Source of the DNA: Edaphobacter aggregans | GTDB lineage: Bacteria; Acidobacteriota; Terriglobia; Terriglobales; Acidobacteriaceae | Assembly: GCF_003945235.1 (NCBI RefSeq) | Contig: NZ_RSDW01000001.1 | Location: 4,290,001 to 4,322,000 of the forward strand | Direction of reading: 5' to 3' | DNA: 32,000 nucleotides | In this document: positions 16,798 through 24,628 of the stretch, in pieces | Layout of the letters: every line of letters starts with the position of its first letter | Position numbering within the stretch: position 1 is the stretch's first letter | Notes under the pieces: model-generated | The model's database searches: none | What the model saw: the letters and a program-made list of their open reading frames with translations, nothing else | What the model was told of the DNA's origin: nothing | Translations under genes and position numbers: made by a program

Positions 16798-17448
16798 TCA
16801 GAATCGAAAGATCAGAGGCAGATGCGGCCTGAAGTCGGCGGTTTGGCCGCGTCGCTTGCCGTCGAATTCGATCTCCAATAGATGCTTCGCCCCCTCGCGA
16901 ATGCAAAGGACACCGTTTTCGACCGCAACCGTTGAGGCCGCAGAGCGGAGGGCCGCCGGAGTCGTCAAGGTCACACCCGTGATTTCGCGAATGCCAATGG
17001 GATGCTCAACGAACCAGTGCTCACGGTCTGTCCGGCGCAGGAACCCGAGAAAGACCCACATCGGCTCCTCCACTCCGGTTTCAGCGATGTACATGGCAAG
17101 CGGATCGGACAGGTAGATTGGCTGATATCGCCACGCCGGAAATGGCGGCTTAGCTTTCTCGGGATCGGCGGGCCGAAGACAGACGCCAAAGGGTGAAGCT
17201 CCGCTCTCCCGGTGTGACCATCGCTCCCACAGCTGCGTGCGGCGCGTGCCTTCGTTTTGAGCCTCAGCTTCATCGCAGACCCAAAACAACTCGAGCATCG
17301 CATTGAAGAATGCAAACCGGCGACAGGCAGTGCCTTGTCCGGGATGGGTGTTCGGCGGCCCCTCACGCAGTCCAAAACGTACCAGTTCTTCCGCTGCGGG
17401 TGCGCCCGGATCGGTGCAGACGAAGATGTGGTCGAGCTCGGTGCTCAT
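16798..17448 (-). CDS. VOC-family / glyoxalase-like domain protein
   Basis: The ORF is 216 aa. LDHIFVCTDPGAPAAEELVRFGL.EG..N.HPGQGTACRRFAFFNAMLELFWV resembles the glyoxalase-like (VOC) domain family. Its function is unknown. Confidence 0.65.
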   Translation of the reverse strand: MSTELDHIFVCTDPGAPAAEELVRFGLREGPPNTHPGQGTACRRFAFFNAMLELFWVCDEAEAQNEGTRRTQLWERWSHRESGASPFGVCLRPADPEKAKPPFPAWRYQPIYLSDPLAMYIAETGVEEPMWVFLGFLRRTDREHWFVEHPIGIREITGVTLTTPAALRSAASTVAVENGVLCIREGAKHLLEIEFDGKRRGQTADFRPHLPLIFRF

Positions 17449-17475
17449 ACGTACGACTCTAGACCGAACGACGTT

Positions 17476-18723
17476 TTACCGCATAAGGACCGTAATGACG
17501 TCGCCAGTGGCGAATTGCGTCCGATCGGGCGGAAGGACAGCGTAGCAATTGGCACGGGCGTTGGCGGCGAGATCACCCGAGCCTTGCCAGCCGACGAGCT
17601 CGACGCAGGGACGGACGCGATCTGACGTGAGATGAGCAGGCAGGATGCGGGTGAGGCCAGGTTTACCCGGAGCGTCTTCGGCCAGCGTTGCCTGTACAAA
17701 GTGCGGAGGGTGCGTGCCGGCTCCGCTGAGTGCTCGAAGCAGCGGCTCAACGAAGCAGTGAAAGGTCACCTGCGTTGAGATTGGGTTGCCGGGTAGACCG
17801 AAGAAAAAGCGGGCGGGAACGTCGCCGCTTGCAGGGAGCCGTCCGAAGACGACAGGCTTGCCGGGCTGCATGCGGACGCCAGTGAAGAAGAACTCAGCGC
17901 CGAGCGAGAGCAGGACCTCTTCGACGAGATCGTACTCGCCCATGGAGACGCCGCCGGAGAGTAGAAGGAGATCGGCGGTGCGCGCTTGCCGGATGATGGT
18001 CTCGAGCTCTGGACGGCTGTCTGGAGCGATGGGGAAGCGCATCGGCTCGCCTCCGGCCTGGGCTACCAGTGCGGCGAGGCCGTAACTGTTGGAGTTGCGA
18101 ATCTGGTGAGACGCGGGGGTTTCGGTGAGTTCTACCAGTTCGTCGCCTGTCGCTACGATGGCTACCGTCGGCTTGCGAAAGACGTTGAGGTGTGCCCGCC
18201 CGCATGCCGCAGCAAGGGCGATGTGGGCTGGCTGCAGGATGGTTCCACGGTGCAGGAGCAAGTCTCCGGCGCAAGCTTCGGCGCCTCGCGGCACGACGTT
18301 CTCTCCGGGGCGAAGGGTACGACCCCGGGCGAGGCGGATGCTGTCGCCAGTGCGCTCTACGTGCTCGACCATGACGACAGCATTAGCCCCCTTGGGAATG
18401 GGGGCTCCTGTCATAATCTCGAGGGCGGTTCCCGGTGCAAGGGGGGAACCAGACCAGTGCTGGCCTGCGCGGATCTGGCCCGCAATGGCAAGTTCTGTGG
18501 CTGAATCGGTAGACTTAATGGCAAAGCCGTCGCGGGTGGAGCGGTCGAAGGGGGGCTGGTCACGGTCCGCTCTGACGGTCTCGGCTAGTGTGCGGGAGAG
18601 GCAGTCCAGCAGGGACTTGGATTCAGTTTGCTCCGGATGCACGTGAGCCGCATGAGCGAGGACCTCGGCCAAGGCCGGATCGAAGTCAAAGATGTTGGTC
18701 GATGGTGGGTTCATTTCAATCAT
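17476..18723 (-). CDS. moeA: Molybdopterin molybdenumtransferase MoeA
   Basis: The ORF is 415 aa. It contains RDGFAIKS, TGAPIPKGANAVVMVE, VATGDEL, IRNSNSYGLAAL, LLLSGGVSMGEYDLV and GLPGNPIST, which fit the MoeA/gephyrin E-domain architecture. Confidence 0.92.
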   Translation of the reverse strand: MIEMNPPSTNIFDFDPALAEVLAHAAHVHPEQTESKSLLDCLSRTLAETVRADRDQPPFDRSTRDGFAIKSTDSATELAIAGQIRAGQHWSGSPLAPGTALEIMTGAPIPKGANAVVMVEHVERTGDSIRLARGRTLRPGENVVPRGAEACAGDLLLHRGTILQPAHIALAAACGRAHLNVFRKPTVAIVATGDELVELTETPASHQIRNSNSYGLAALVAQAGGEPMRFPIAPDSRPELETIIRQARTADLLLLSGGVSMGEYDLVEEVLLSLGAEFFFTGVRMQPGKPVVFGRLPASGDVPARFFFGLPGNPISTQVTFHCFVEPLLRALSGAGTHPPHFVQATLAEDAPGKPGLTRILPAHLTSDRVRPCVELVGWQGSGDLAANARANCYAVLPPDRTQFATGDVITVLMR

Positions 18724-18746
18724 GCGGATTAGACGAGCGGTGCGAA

Positions 18747-18780
18747 ATAAAAAAGCCCCGGGTTTGTCGCCCGGGGCTCT
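18747..18780 (-). terminator. Rho-independent terminator of the CarboxypepD_reg/TPR gene
   Basis: On the minus strand, AGCCCCGGG pairs with CCCGGGGCT (18754-18762 and 18770-18778, 7-nt loop). TTTTTT follows immediately (A-run 18749-18754 on the plus strand). The hairpin sits 20 nt after the stop at 18799. Confidence 0.8.
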
Positions 18781-18798
18781 ATTTTGTGTCGTTGTGAA

Positions 18799-19983
18799 CT
18801 ACTTCTTTGCGGGCTTGCCAGCCTTGTAGCTCGATTTGACGGATTCACCGATACCGGTCAGGATGCCCTTGACCTCCTCGGCCCGGGGCCCATCAGGCGC
18901 CAGTTCCAGGTAGGTCTGGTAGGCCTCGACGGTTCCCGGCGGGGCGGTGATCTTCTGGGTCTTCGGGTCGACGCTCGCCTTCTGGATCAAAGACTGACCC
19001 TTGATGTAATAGGCATCGGCGCGCTTCGGATCGGCTGCAATGGCCTTGTCGGCTGCCACGGCTGCCTCGTCCGTCTTGCCGGAGTTGTACAGGGTGGCTG
19101 CCTCGTTGAAGTAGTACATGCCGGCGCTGGCGGGCTGGGCCTTGGCTGCCTGCTCGTAGGCGTCGGATGCACCCTTCAGGTCGCCGCTCTTGGCCAGAGA
19201 CTGACCGAGCTGGTTATAGGCAGCGCCTGCGGTCTCGGGGCTGGGCTTCTTCGAAGCTGCGTTGTCGTCGATCGCTTTCTTGTAGGAGGTGGCGGCCGCA
19301 GTGTACTTTGCCGCGACGTCAGGATCGTTGGCCTTGCCAGCTGCTTTGGCGACCTTGGCGGCTGCATCGGCCGAGCCGAGCTGAGCATCACCTAGGGCAA
19401 CCCAGAGGATGCCCTCATCGGGCTTCTGCGTGGTCGCCTGCTGCATGGCAGTGATCGCTGCGTCGAAGTTGCCGGCCTTCGTGTCGCTGCGTGCCTGGGT
19501 GAGCAGAGCATTGAGGTTAGCGATCTGCTTGTTACCGGCCATCACTTCGGCGTTCTTCTTCTTGAACTCTTCGAGCTGCTTCTTCTCTTCCGGAGTCATC
19601 TTGTCGATATACTCCTTGCGGCTCATGTCGAAGCTGACAGTCTTGTCTTCGCCCGCCGCAATGGTGACGTTGTCGTTGAAATCGATGCTTTTGCCCTCAG
19701 CGTAGACGACGGCAATGTAGTTGCCGGGCGTAATGTCAGTGCCTTTGTAGTCGCCGGCGGTGTCGATATCGAAGGTGTACTGATACTTGCGGCTCTTCTC
19801 GTCGGCGGCGGTGCGGTCGGTGCTGAGCTTGACCTGGCCCTGCGCGACGGGCTGCCCGATGGGGTTGTTGACGTGGCCGTGGATGCTGCCGGTCGCCTGG
19901 GCCAGTGCGCTGGCTGTCATGGCGAAGATAACCAGCAGCGCGGCTGCCAGGGTGCTGGTAATGTTTCGTACTCTCTGTTTCAT
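18799..19983 (-). CDS. Secreted protein with N-terminal carboxypeptidase-regulatory-like domain and C-terminal TPR repeats
   Basis: The frame is 18799..20151, trimmed to ATG 19981-19983 with GGGAGAAAAGAG upstream. That start gives MKQRVRNITSTLAAALLVIFAMTASALAQA as a signal peptide. GSIHGHVNNPIGQPVAQGQVKL...GNYIAVVY looks like a CarboxypepD_reg fold. TPR-like repeats follow: AYNQLGQSLAKSGDLKGASDAYEQAAKAQP and YYFNEAATLYNSGKTDEAAVAADKAIAADP. Confidence 0.8.
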   Translation of the reverse strand: MKQRVRNITSTLAAALLVIFAMTASALAQATGSIHGHVNNPIGQPVAQGQVKLSTDRTAADEKSRKYQYTFDIDTAGDYKGTDITPGNYIAVVYAEGKSIDFNDNVTIAAGEDKTVSFDMSRKEYIDKMTPEEKKQLEEFKKKNAEVMAGNKQIANLNALLTQARSDTKAGNFDAAITAMQQATTQKPDEGILWVALGDAQLGSADAAAKVAKAAGKANDPDVAAKYTAAATSYKKAIDDNAASKKPSPETAGAAYNQLGQSLAKSGDLKGASDAYEQAAKAQPASAGMYYFNEAATLYNSGKTDEAAVAADKAIAADPKRADAYYIKGQSLIQKASVDPKTQKITAPPGTVEAYQTYLELAPDGPRAEEVKGILTGIGESVKSSYKAGKPAKK

Positions 19984-20074
19984 CGCTATCTCTTTTCTCC
20001 CGGCCTCGTGGTTCGGGGCCCTAATCTCGGTAAAACACTGCTGAACAACTAAATTTAGACGCGCGAAGCACACC

Positions 20075-20767
20075 CTACGGGGTCGCATACAGTATGGGAT
20101 CAACTGCCCCAGCTTCGCGAAACGCCCGCAACCGTAAGACGCAGCTTTCACAGACGCCGCAGGCCTCAGTCTCGCCCGAATAACAAGACCAACTTACATG
20201 GAACGGAGCGCCCAATTCAACTCCCAAGCGGACGATCTCGTGTTTCTTCAAATGAATGAGCGGCGTAACGACCTGAATATCGCCCTCCTTGGTGCCTTCG
20301 CGAATGAGCTGGTTGAAGGCGTCGTAGTAGGCGGGGCGGCAGTCGGGGTAGCCGGAGCTGTCCTGCTCGACGGCGCCGATGAAGACGGTCTTTGCGCCAA
20401 GAACCTCCGCCCAGCTGACCGCGGCAGAGAGGAAATGCGCGTTGCGGAAGGGGACGTAAGTGACTGGAATATCGGTACCTATGTCGGATTCATGGGCTGG
20501 AGCGTTGGGGACTGGGATGCTCTTGTCGGTAAGGGCGGAGCCTCCAATCCGGCGGAAAACGTCGAGCTTTAGATGCAGGAGTTCGCGGATGCCGAGGATG
20601 CGGACGGCGTCCTGCGCGGCCAGGAGTTCGCGGTTTTCGGTGCGCTGGCCGTAGCTGAAGTGGACCGCGTAGGTTTCGAAGTCGCGAGAGGCCAGGGCGG
20701 CACAGACAACGGAGTCCATGCCTCCGGAGAGGCTGACTACTGCGCGAGGGAGGGCGGTGTCGGTCAT
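20075..20767 (-). CDS. queC: 7-cyano-7-deazaguanine synthase QueC
   Basis: The ORF is 230 aa. It has a VVSLSGGMDS PP-loop and the C-terminal zinc cysteines SCYSGETEACGVCESCVLR. Its ATG overlaps the upstream gene's stop (ATGA at 20764-20767). Confidence 0.93.
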   Translation of the reverse strand: MTDTALPRAVVSLSGGMDSVVCAALASRDFETYAVHFSYGQRTENRELLAAQDAVRILGIRELLHLKLDVFRRIGGSALTDKSIPVPNAPAHESDIGTDIPVTYVPFRNAHFLSAAVSWAEVLGAKTVFIGAVEQDSSGYPDCRPAYYDAFNQLIREGTKEGDIQVVTPLIHLKKHEIVRLGVELGAPFHVSWSCYSGETEACGVCESCVLRLRAFREAGAVDPILYATP

Positions 20768-21036
20768 TCGCTTGAATCGTCCTCAGGATCGAGGTTGTCG
20801 GGGGTACCGAGGATTTCGCGGGCAGCGGCTTCGTCCTGCTTGTGGACGAGGAGGCGGGCGCGGAAGGCTGCTCCCAGCAAATTGTTCGCGTTCTCTCCCT
20901 GCAGGAAGCATTCGATGCCGGCGGATTCGAGCATGCCCCTTGCCATGTGTGCGTCAACGGAGTCGATGTACTTGCCGACGGTGACGAACTTGTCGGGGCC
21001 GATTCCGGCTTCTGATTGTGCGATAGGGAGGGTCAT
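20764..21036 (-). CDS. DUF2007-like small protein (putative signal-transducing fold)
   Basis: The ORF is 90 aa. FVTVGKYIDSVDAHMARGMLESAGIECFLQGEN........A.RLLV...D...A.EIL resembles DUF2007. The family name is from memory. Confidence 0.6.
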   Translation of the reverse strand: MTLPIAQSEAGIGPDKFVTVGKYIDSVDAHMARGMLESAGIECFLQGENANNLLGAAFRARLLVHKQDEAAAREILGTPDNLDPEDDSSE

Positions 21037-21051
21037 AGTTGTTTCAGTGTG

Positions 21052-21804
21052 CTATTTCGTCTCAAAGGATTGCAGGTGGAAGGTGATGGTACCCCAGAAG
21101 AGGCTCGCTCGTATCTGCACGGGCATGTGGCGAGCGTCGTCGGTGTACCAGATCCAGATGCGTCCGCGGTTTTTGACGATGCCCTCGTCGGCAGTGGGCT
21201 GCACGCGAATGGTCTGGAAGGTGCCGGCTGGTGTCTTTATCTCCTCCTTGGCCTCGACCTTCATGGTAACGGTAACGGTGCGCATCGCGTCGGCAAGAGG
21301 GAAGCGGACGTTCTGCCCGACGACCAGGGGTTGCGAGGCGGCGTAGAAGATGGCCGAGAGCGAGTCGGTGACGCAGGCTGGGATTGAGGCCGTCTGCTCC
21401 TTCGATGTGCCTTTGACGAGGTTATGTTCTACCTGGGTCTGCTTGCCGATGGTGTAGTTGAAGCTCAGGTCGCTTGTGACCTTGCGACGGCCTTCCTGAA
21501 TCTGTTTGCTGAAGCCGGTGGAGCAGCCAGTTTTGATGTCGAAGGCGGACTGGAACTTGTCGGCGACGGGAAAGAGCATCGTGACGGCGCCTACAGTGTC
21601 GGCGGTGGCGGTGATCTTCTGCAGGTTGCCTTGCAGTTCGGTGTTGAAAACGGCGGTACCGGCGGTAAAGACACGCCAGTCAACAGTAAACGTCAGGGTC
21701 TGCTTCGTGGGGAAGACGAAGCCCGGCTGCGGGGGTTGCAGTGTGGGGATCTGGCTGGGTTGCTGGGCGAACGTCCGCACTCCGCCCGGCAGTGCGGTCA
21801 GCAC
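21052..21804 (-). CDS. DUF3108-like secreted/outer-membrane-associated protein (start uncertain)
   Basis: This is a 250-aa ORF from GTG 21804. TLTFTVDWRVFTAGTAVFNTEL....KITATADTVG... and the C-terminal IWIWYTDDARHMPVQIRASLFWGTITFHL resemble DUF3108. The in-frame upstream sequence would complete a signal peptide but has no canonical start codon (see finding). Confidence 0.65.
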   Translation of the reverse strand: MLTALPGGVRTFAQQPSQIPTLQPPQPGFVFPTKQTLTFTVDWRVFTAGTAVFNTELQGNLQKITATADTVGAVTMLFPVADKFQSAFDIKTGCSTGFSKQIQEGRRKVTSDLSFNYTIGKQTQVEHNLVKGTSKEQTASIPACVTDSLSAIFYAASQPLVVGQNVRFPLADAMRTVTVTMKVEAKEEIKTPAGTFQTIRVQPTADEGIVKNRGRIWIWYTDDARHMPVQIRASLFWGTITFHLQSFETK

Positions 21805-21877
21805 AAGAGCTACGAAGAGAAGAAGGGCCGAATTACGCTTGTACAGAGGCAGCTCTCTGGATTGGAATGGTGGGTGG

Positions 21878-22438
21878 CTACCGTTTCAGAAACAGCAGCA
21901 ACGCCGCCAGCGCCGCATAGATGGCGATGGCACCCATAAGAGCATTGTACTCGCGGTGGTGTAAATAACGCTCGGAAGAAAATCGGCCGGGGGGAACGTC
22001 GGTGGGGGCCGGGGTCAGCCGAGGCAGCAGACGGGGGACTTTTCGGGCGTAGTCGTCGAAGCCGGCAAAGTGCTCGCGGAGGTATTGCTCCTCGGAACGG
22101 ATGGTGGGCAGGTAGATGATCGTGAAGAGGATAGCCAGGGCGATGAGAATCTCCCATCGCCACGCCGCAACGGCAAATCCGAACGCAATCATGATCGAGC
22201 CCAGATACAGCGGGTTGCGGGTGTAAGCGTAGGGACCGGTCTGGGTAAGCTCGGCGTTTTTGCGGACATATCCTGCGGCATATGCGCGCAGCCAGACTCC
22301 CGGCACGACGAGGATCAGGCTGGCCAGCATCGAGTGCCACGTTGGGCGCGCCAGCCACAGAAAGACCGCAGCAAAGAGAAAGCCCATCGGGACGCGGATG
22401 CGGCGGGCGATCTTCTGCCATGTAGTTCGTTCGCTCAC
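21878..22438 (-). CDS. ICMT/PEMT-family membrane methyltransferase
   Basis: The ORF is 186 aa with several hydrophobic helices. TGPYAYTRNPLYLGSIMIAFGFAV is the isoprenylcysteine carboxyl methyltransferase family motif. Its GTG start overlaps the GT9 stop (GTGA at 22435-22438). Confidence 0.8.
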   Translation of the reverse strand: MSERTTWQKIARRIRVPMGFLFAAVFLWLARPTWHSMLASLILVVPGVWLRAYAAGYVRKNAELTQTGPYAYTRNPLYLGSIMIAFGFAVAAWRWEILIALAILFTIIYLPTIRSEEQYLREHFAGFDDYARKVPRLLPRLTPAPTDVPPGRFSSERYLHHREYNALMGAIAIYAALAALLLFLKR

Positions 22439-23550
22439 AGGATTACCTTATCGTGTTCGGCGCTTAGGAGTTCGAGCGCGGCGGCGTTGACCTCGTCGAT
22501 GGTGATCTGAAGCAGACCCTCCTCGGTGTCGGCGTGACGGCTGTGGTCGCGTCGGCTTGAAGGATGCCGCAGGATTCGCGCGCGAGTGCCCCAGGGACCG
22601 TTGCGGGCCGGATCGGTGGGTCCGAAGAGCGCGACAACAGGTCGCTGCAACGACGCCGCAAGATGCAGCGGGCCGGTGTCTCCAGCGATGACGAGGCTGG
22701 CCCGACGAGTAAGCGAGATCAGCTGCGACACGGTGCAGGGAACTACCGTTGCCGCCCCTTCGCTGGCCTCGGCTACGGCATTGGCAAGTTGGTCGTCAGG
22801 CGATGTGGCGTTGATGAGAGGCGTGTATCCTGCGCGTGCGAGTTCGGCGGCGACCGCGCCGTAGCGTTCCGCAGGCCACTGCTTGGCTCCCCATCCAGCC
22901 GATGGTGCGACGATGGCGTAGTGCCGCGATGCTGCGGGAAGAGTCCGCGCAAGAAGATCATCTCGCCAGCGCTCGGCGTAGTCATCTATGGGGAGAAGAT
23001 CCTCGGTAGGGCGAAGAGCTTCTCCGATGGCTCCGCTCAGGAGCTCATAACCCTGTTCAACAACGTGGATCCCCGGCGTAGGTATCGACTTCCCGTAGAG
23101 CCAGTTGGCTGGCTTCTCGTGCGGCACCGCAGGCCCGGCGACTTCGGGTGCTCCAGATAGCCTGCCAACAACGGCAGAACGAATGGCGCTCTGCATGTCG
23201 ACACACAGGTCGTAGCGTTCGGCGCGAAACTCCCGTCGCAGGGCTTTGATCTCGCGAATGGTTTCGCCTGCAAAGGGACGTCGCTTCCACGTGCGGGTGG
23301 GTACGCTGTGGATGCGGTCGACAAGAGGCATCGCGGAGCTCCCCGGCTCGGCAGAATCGTCCGAATCAGCCCGAAGCAGTGGAATCCATATCGGCTCAAT
23401 CGCCCAGCCGATATGCCAGTCTGGATGCTGACGCCGCATCGCCGATACTGCGGGCAGAGCGTGCAGGACATCGCCCATTGCGCCGATTCGGACGATCAGG
23501 ACGCGCCGTGGATGAGCAGCATCGGAAACAAGATGGGATTGCGTGGCCAA
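22435..23550 (-). CDS. Glycosyltransferase family 9 (LPS heptosyltransferase-like)
   Basis: The ORF is 371 aa with a TTG start at 23550. RVLIVRIGAMGDVLHALPAV and AGDTGPLHLAASLQRPVVALFGPT are GT9 (WaaC/WaaF-type) motifs. Confidence 0.85.
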   Translation of the reverse strand: MATQSHLVSDAAHPRRVLIVRIGAMGDVLHALPAVSAMRRQHPDWHIGWAIEPIWIPLLRADSDDSAEPGSSAMPLVDRIHSVPTRTWKRRPFAGETIREIKALRREFRAERYDLCVDMQSAIRSAVVGRLSGAPEVAGPAVPHEKPANWLYGKSIPTPGIHVVEQGYELLSGAIGEALRPTEDLLPIDDYAERWRDDLLARTLPAASRHYAIVAPSAGWGAKQWPAERYGAVAAELARAGYTPLINATSPDDQLANAVAEASEGAATVVPCTVSQLISLTRRASLVIAGDTGPLHLAASLQRPVVALFGPTDPARNGPWGTRARILRHPSSRRDHSRHADTEEGLLQITIDEVNAAALELLSAEHDKVIL

Positions 23551-23599
23551 ACGTTAATTTTCTCATGCGGATGGGCGTAACGCAGTCAGCGGTTTGGAA

Positions 23600-24628
23600 T
23601 CAACGCTTGCGGCGGTCGAGTTTGTCTACCATCGAAAGAAGTTGCTGCAATGCCTCCTTCTCGTCCAGCAGCTCGACCTGGAGGCGCGTTACGATGAGCG
23701 GCCCCACAGTGGCAAGATGATCACGCATCACCGGCGTCAGCTTCACTGCGTCTTTCTCGGTGGTGATGAATCCGTTTGCACCACGATGCCGAGCTTGCTC
23801 CAGTAGCCGCGCTATATCCCTGTCGTCATAAGCGTGGTGATCGGGGAAGGAAACCGTATCGACTGGCATGCAGCCCTCCGCCTGCAACATGCTGGTGAAA
23901 CTTTCGGGCCGCGCAATTCCGCAGAACGCCAGCGGCAGTGCAGGCAGCGATACTTCGCCCGCTTCGCCGAGGCTGAGTCTTCGCTGAATAATCCATACCG
24001 TCGGAGAGCTTCCTTCTCCCGTGAGCCTTCTGATTACGGGCTGCAGCGCAAATACCTCTTCTTCGCGAAGCACGATGATGTCTGCTTCGCGCACTGCGGA
24101 GAGTGGTTCGCGCAGGTTCCCCGCAGGTAAGAGATGGTCTTCGACATCCTCTTGTGTGAGCAGAACGATATCGACGTCGCGCGCGAGTTGCCGATGCTGA
24201 AAGCCGTCGTCAAGCAGGTTGACGGCGATCTTGCCGTGGTCCTCGTCCAGTTCGGCGAGCAGGCCTGCGCGATAACGGTCGGCCCCGGCAAAGACCGCCA
24301 CGCCGGAGCGCTGGGCCATCAGAACAGGCTCGTCGCCGTGGAAGCCCGGATCGTCGTAGGGTTCGACGCGCTCGATCAGCTCGGAGGTGCGTTTGTAGCC
24401 GCGTGTGAGAATTCGGACCGCATAGCCGCGCCGTCGCAGAATATCGGCCAGCAGGAGCACCATCGGAGTCTTGCCCGCGCCACCGGCAGAGATGCTGCCT
24501 ATGCTGATCACCGGGCTTGGCAGACGGTTCTGCTTCAGCCAGCCGCGCCGGAACATCGTCTTCTTTGCGGCCAATGCAGCGCCATAGATTGGAGCCAGGG
24601 GCAGCAAAACAGGTCTGCGGATGGTCAT
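23600..24628 (-). CDS. lpxK: Tetraacyldisaccharide 4'-kinase LpxK
   Basis: The ORF is 342 aa. VISIGSISAGGAGKTPMVLLLADILRRRGYAVRILTRGYKR is the LpxK P-loop region. LDDGFQH is also present. Its ATG overlaps the waaA stop (ATGA at 24625-24628). Confidence 0.92.
   Translation of the reverse strand: MTIRRPVLLPLAPIYGAALAAKKTMFRRGWLKQNRLPSPVISIGSISAGGAGKTPMVLLLADILRRRGYAVRILTRGYKRTSELIERVEPYDDPGFHGDEPVLMAQRSGVAVFAGADRYRAGLLAELDEDHGKIAVNLLDDGFQHRQLARDVDIVLLTQEDVEDHLLPAGNLREPLSAVREADIIVLREEEVFALQPVIRRLTGEGSSPTVWIIQRRLSLGEAGEVSLPALPLAFCGIARPESFTSMLQAEGCMPVDTVSFPDHHAYDDRDIARLLEQARHRGANGFITTEKDAVKLTPVMRDHLATVGPLIVTRLQVELLDEKEALQQLLSMVDKLDRRKR

Noticed and set aside
18724-18798. Riboswitches expected from gene function: Moco upstream of moeA, preQ1 upstream of queC, and Mn (yybP-ykoY) upstream of the VIT1 gene (7283-7386).
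   Set aside because: The moeA upstream spacer is 75 nt and is occupied by the neighbour's terminator. queC overlaps the preceding gene. The ~100-nt VIT1 leader shows none of the conserved motifs that I can recall. No structural evidence was found.
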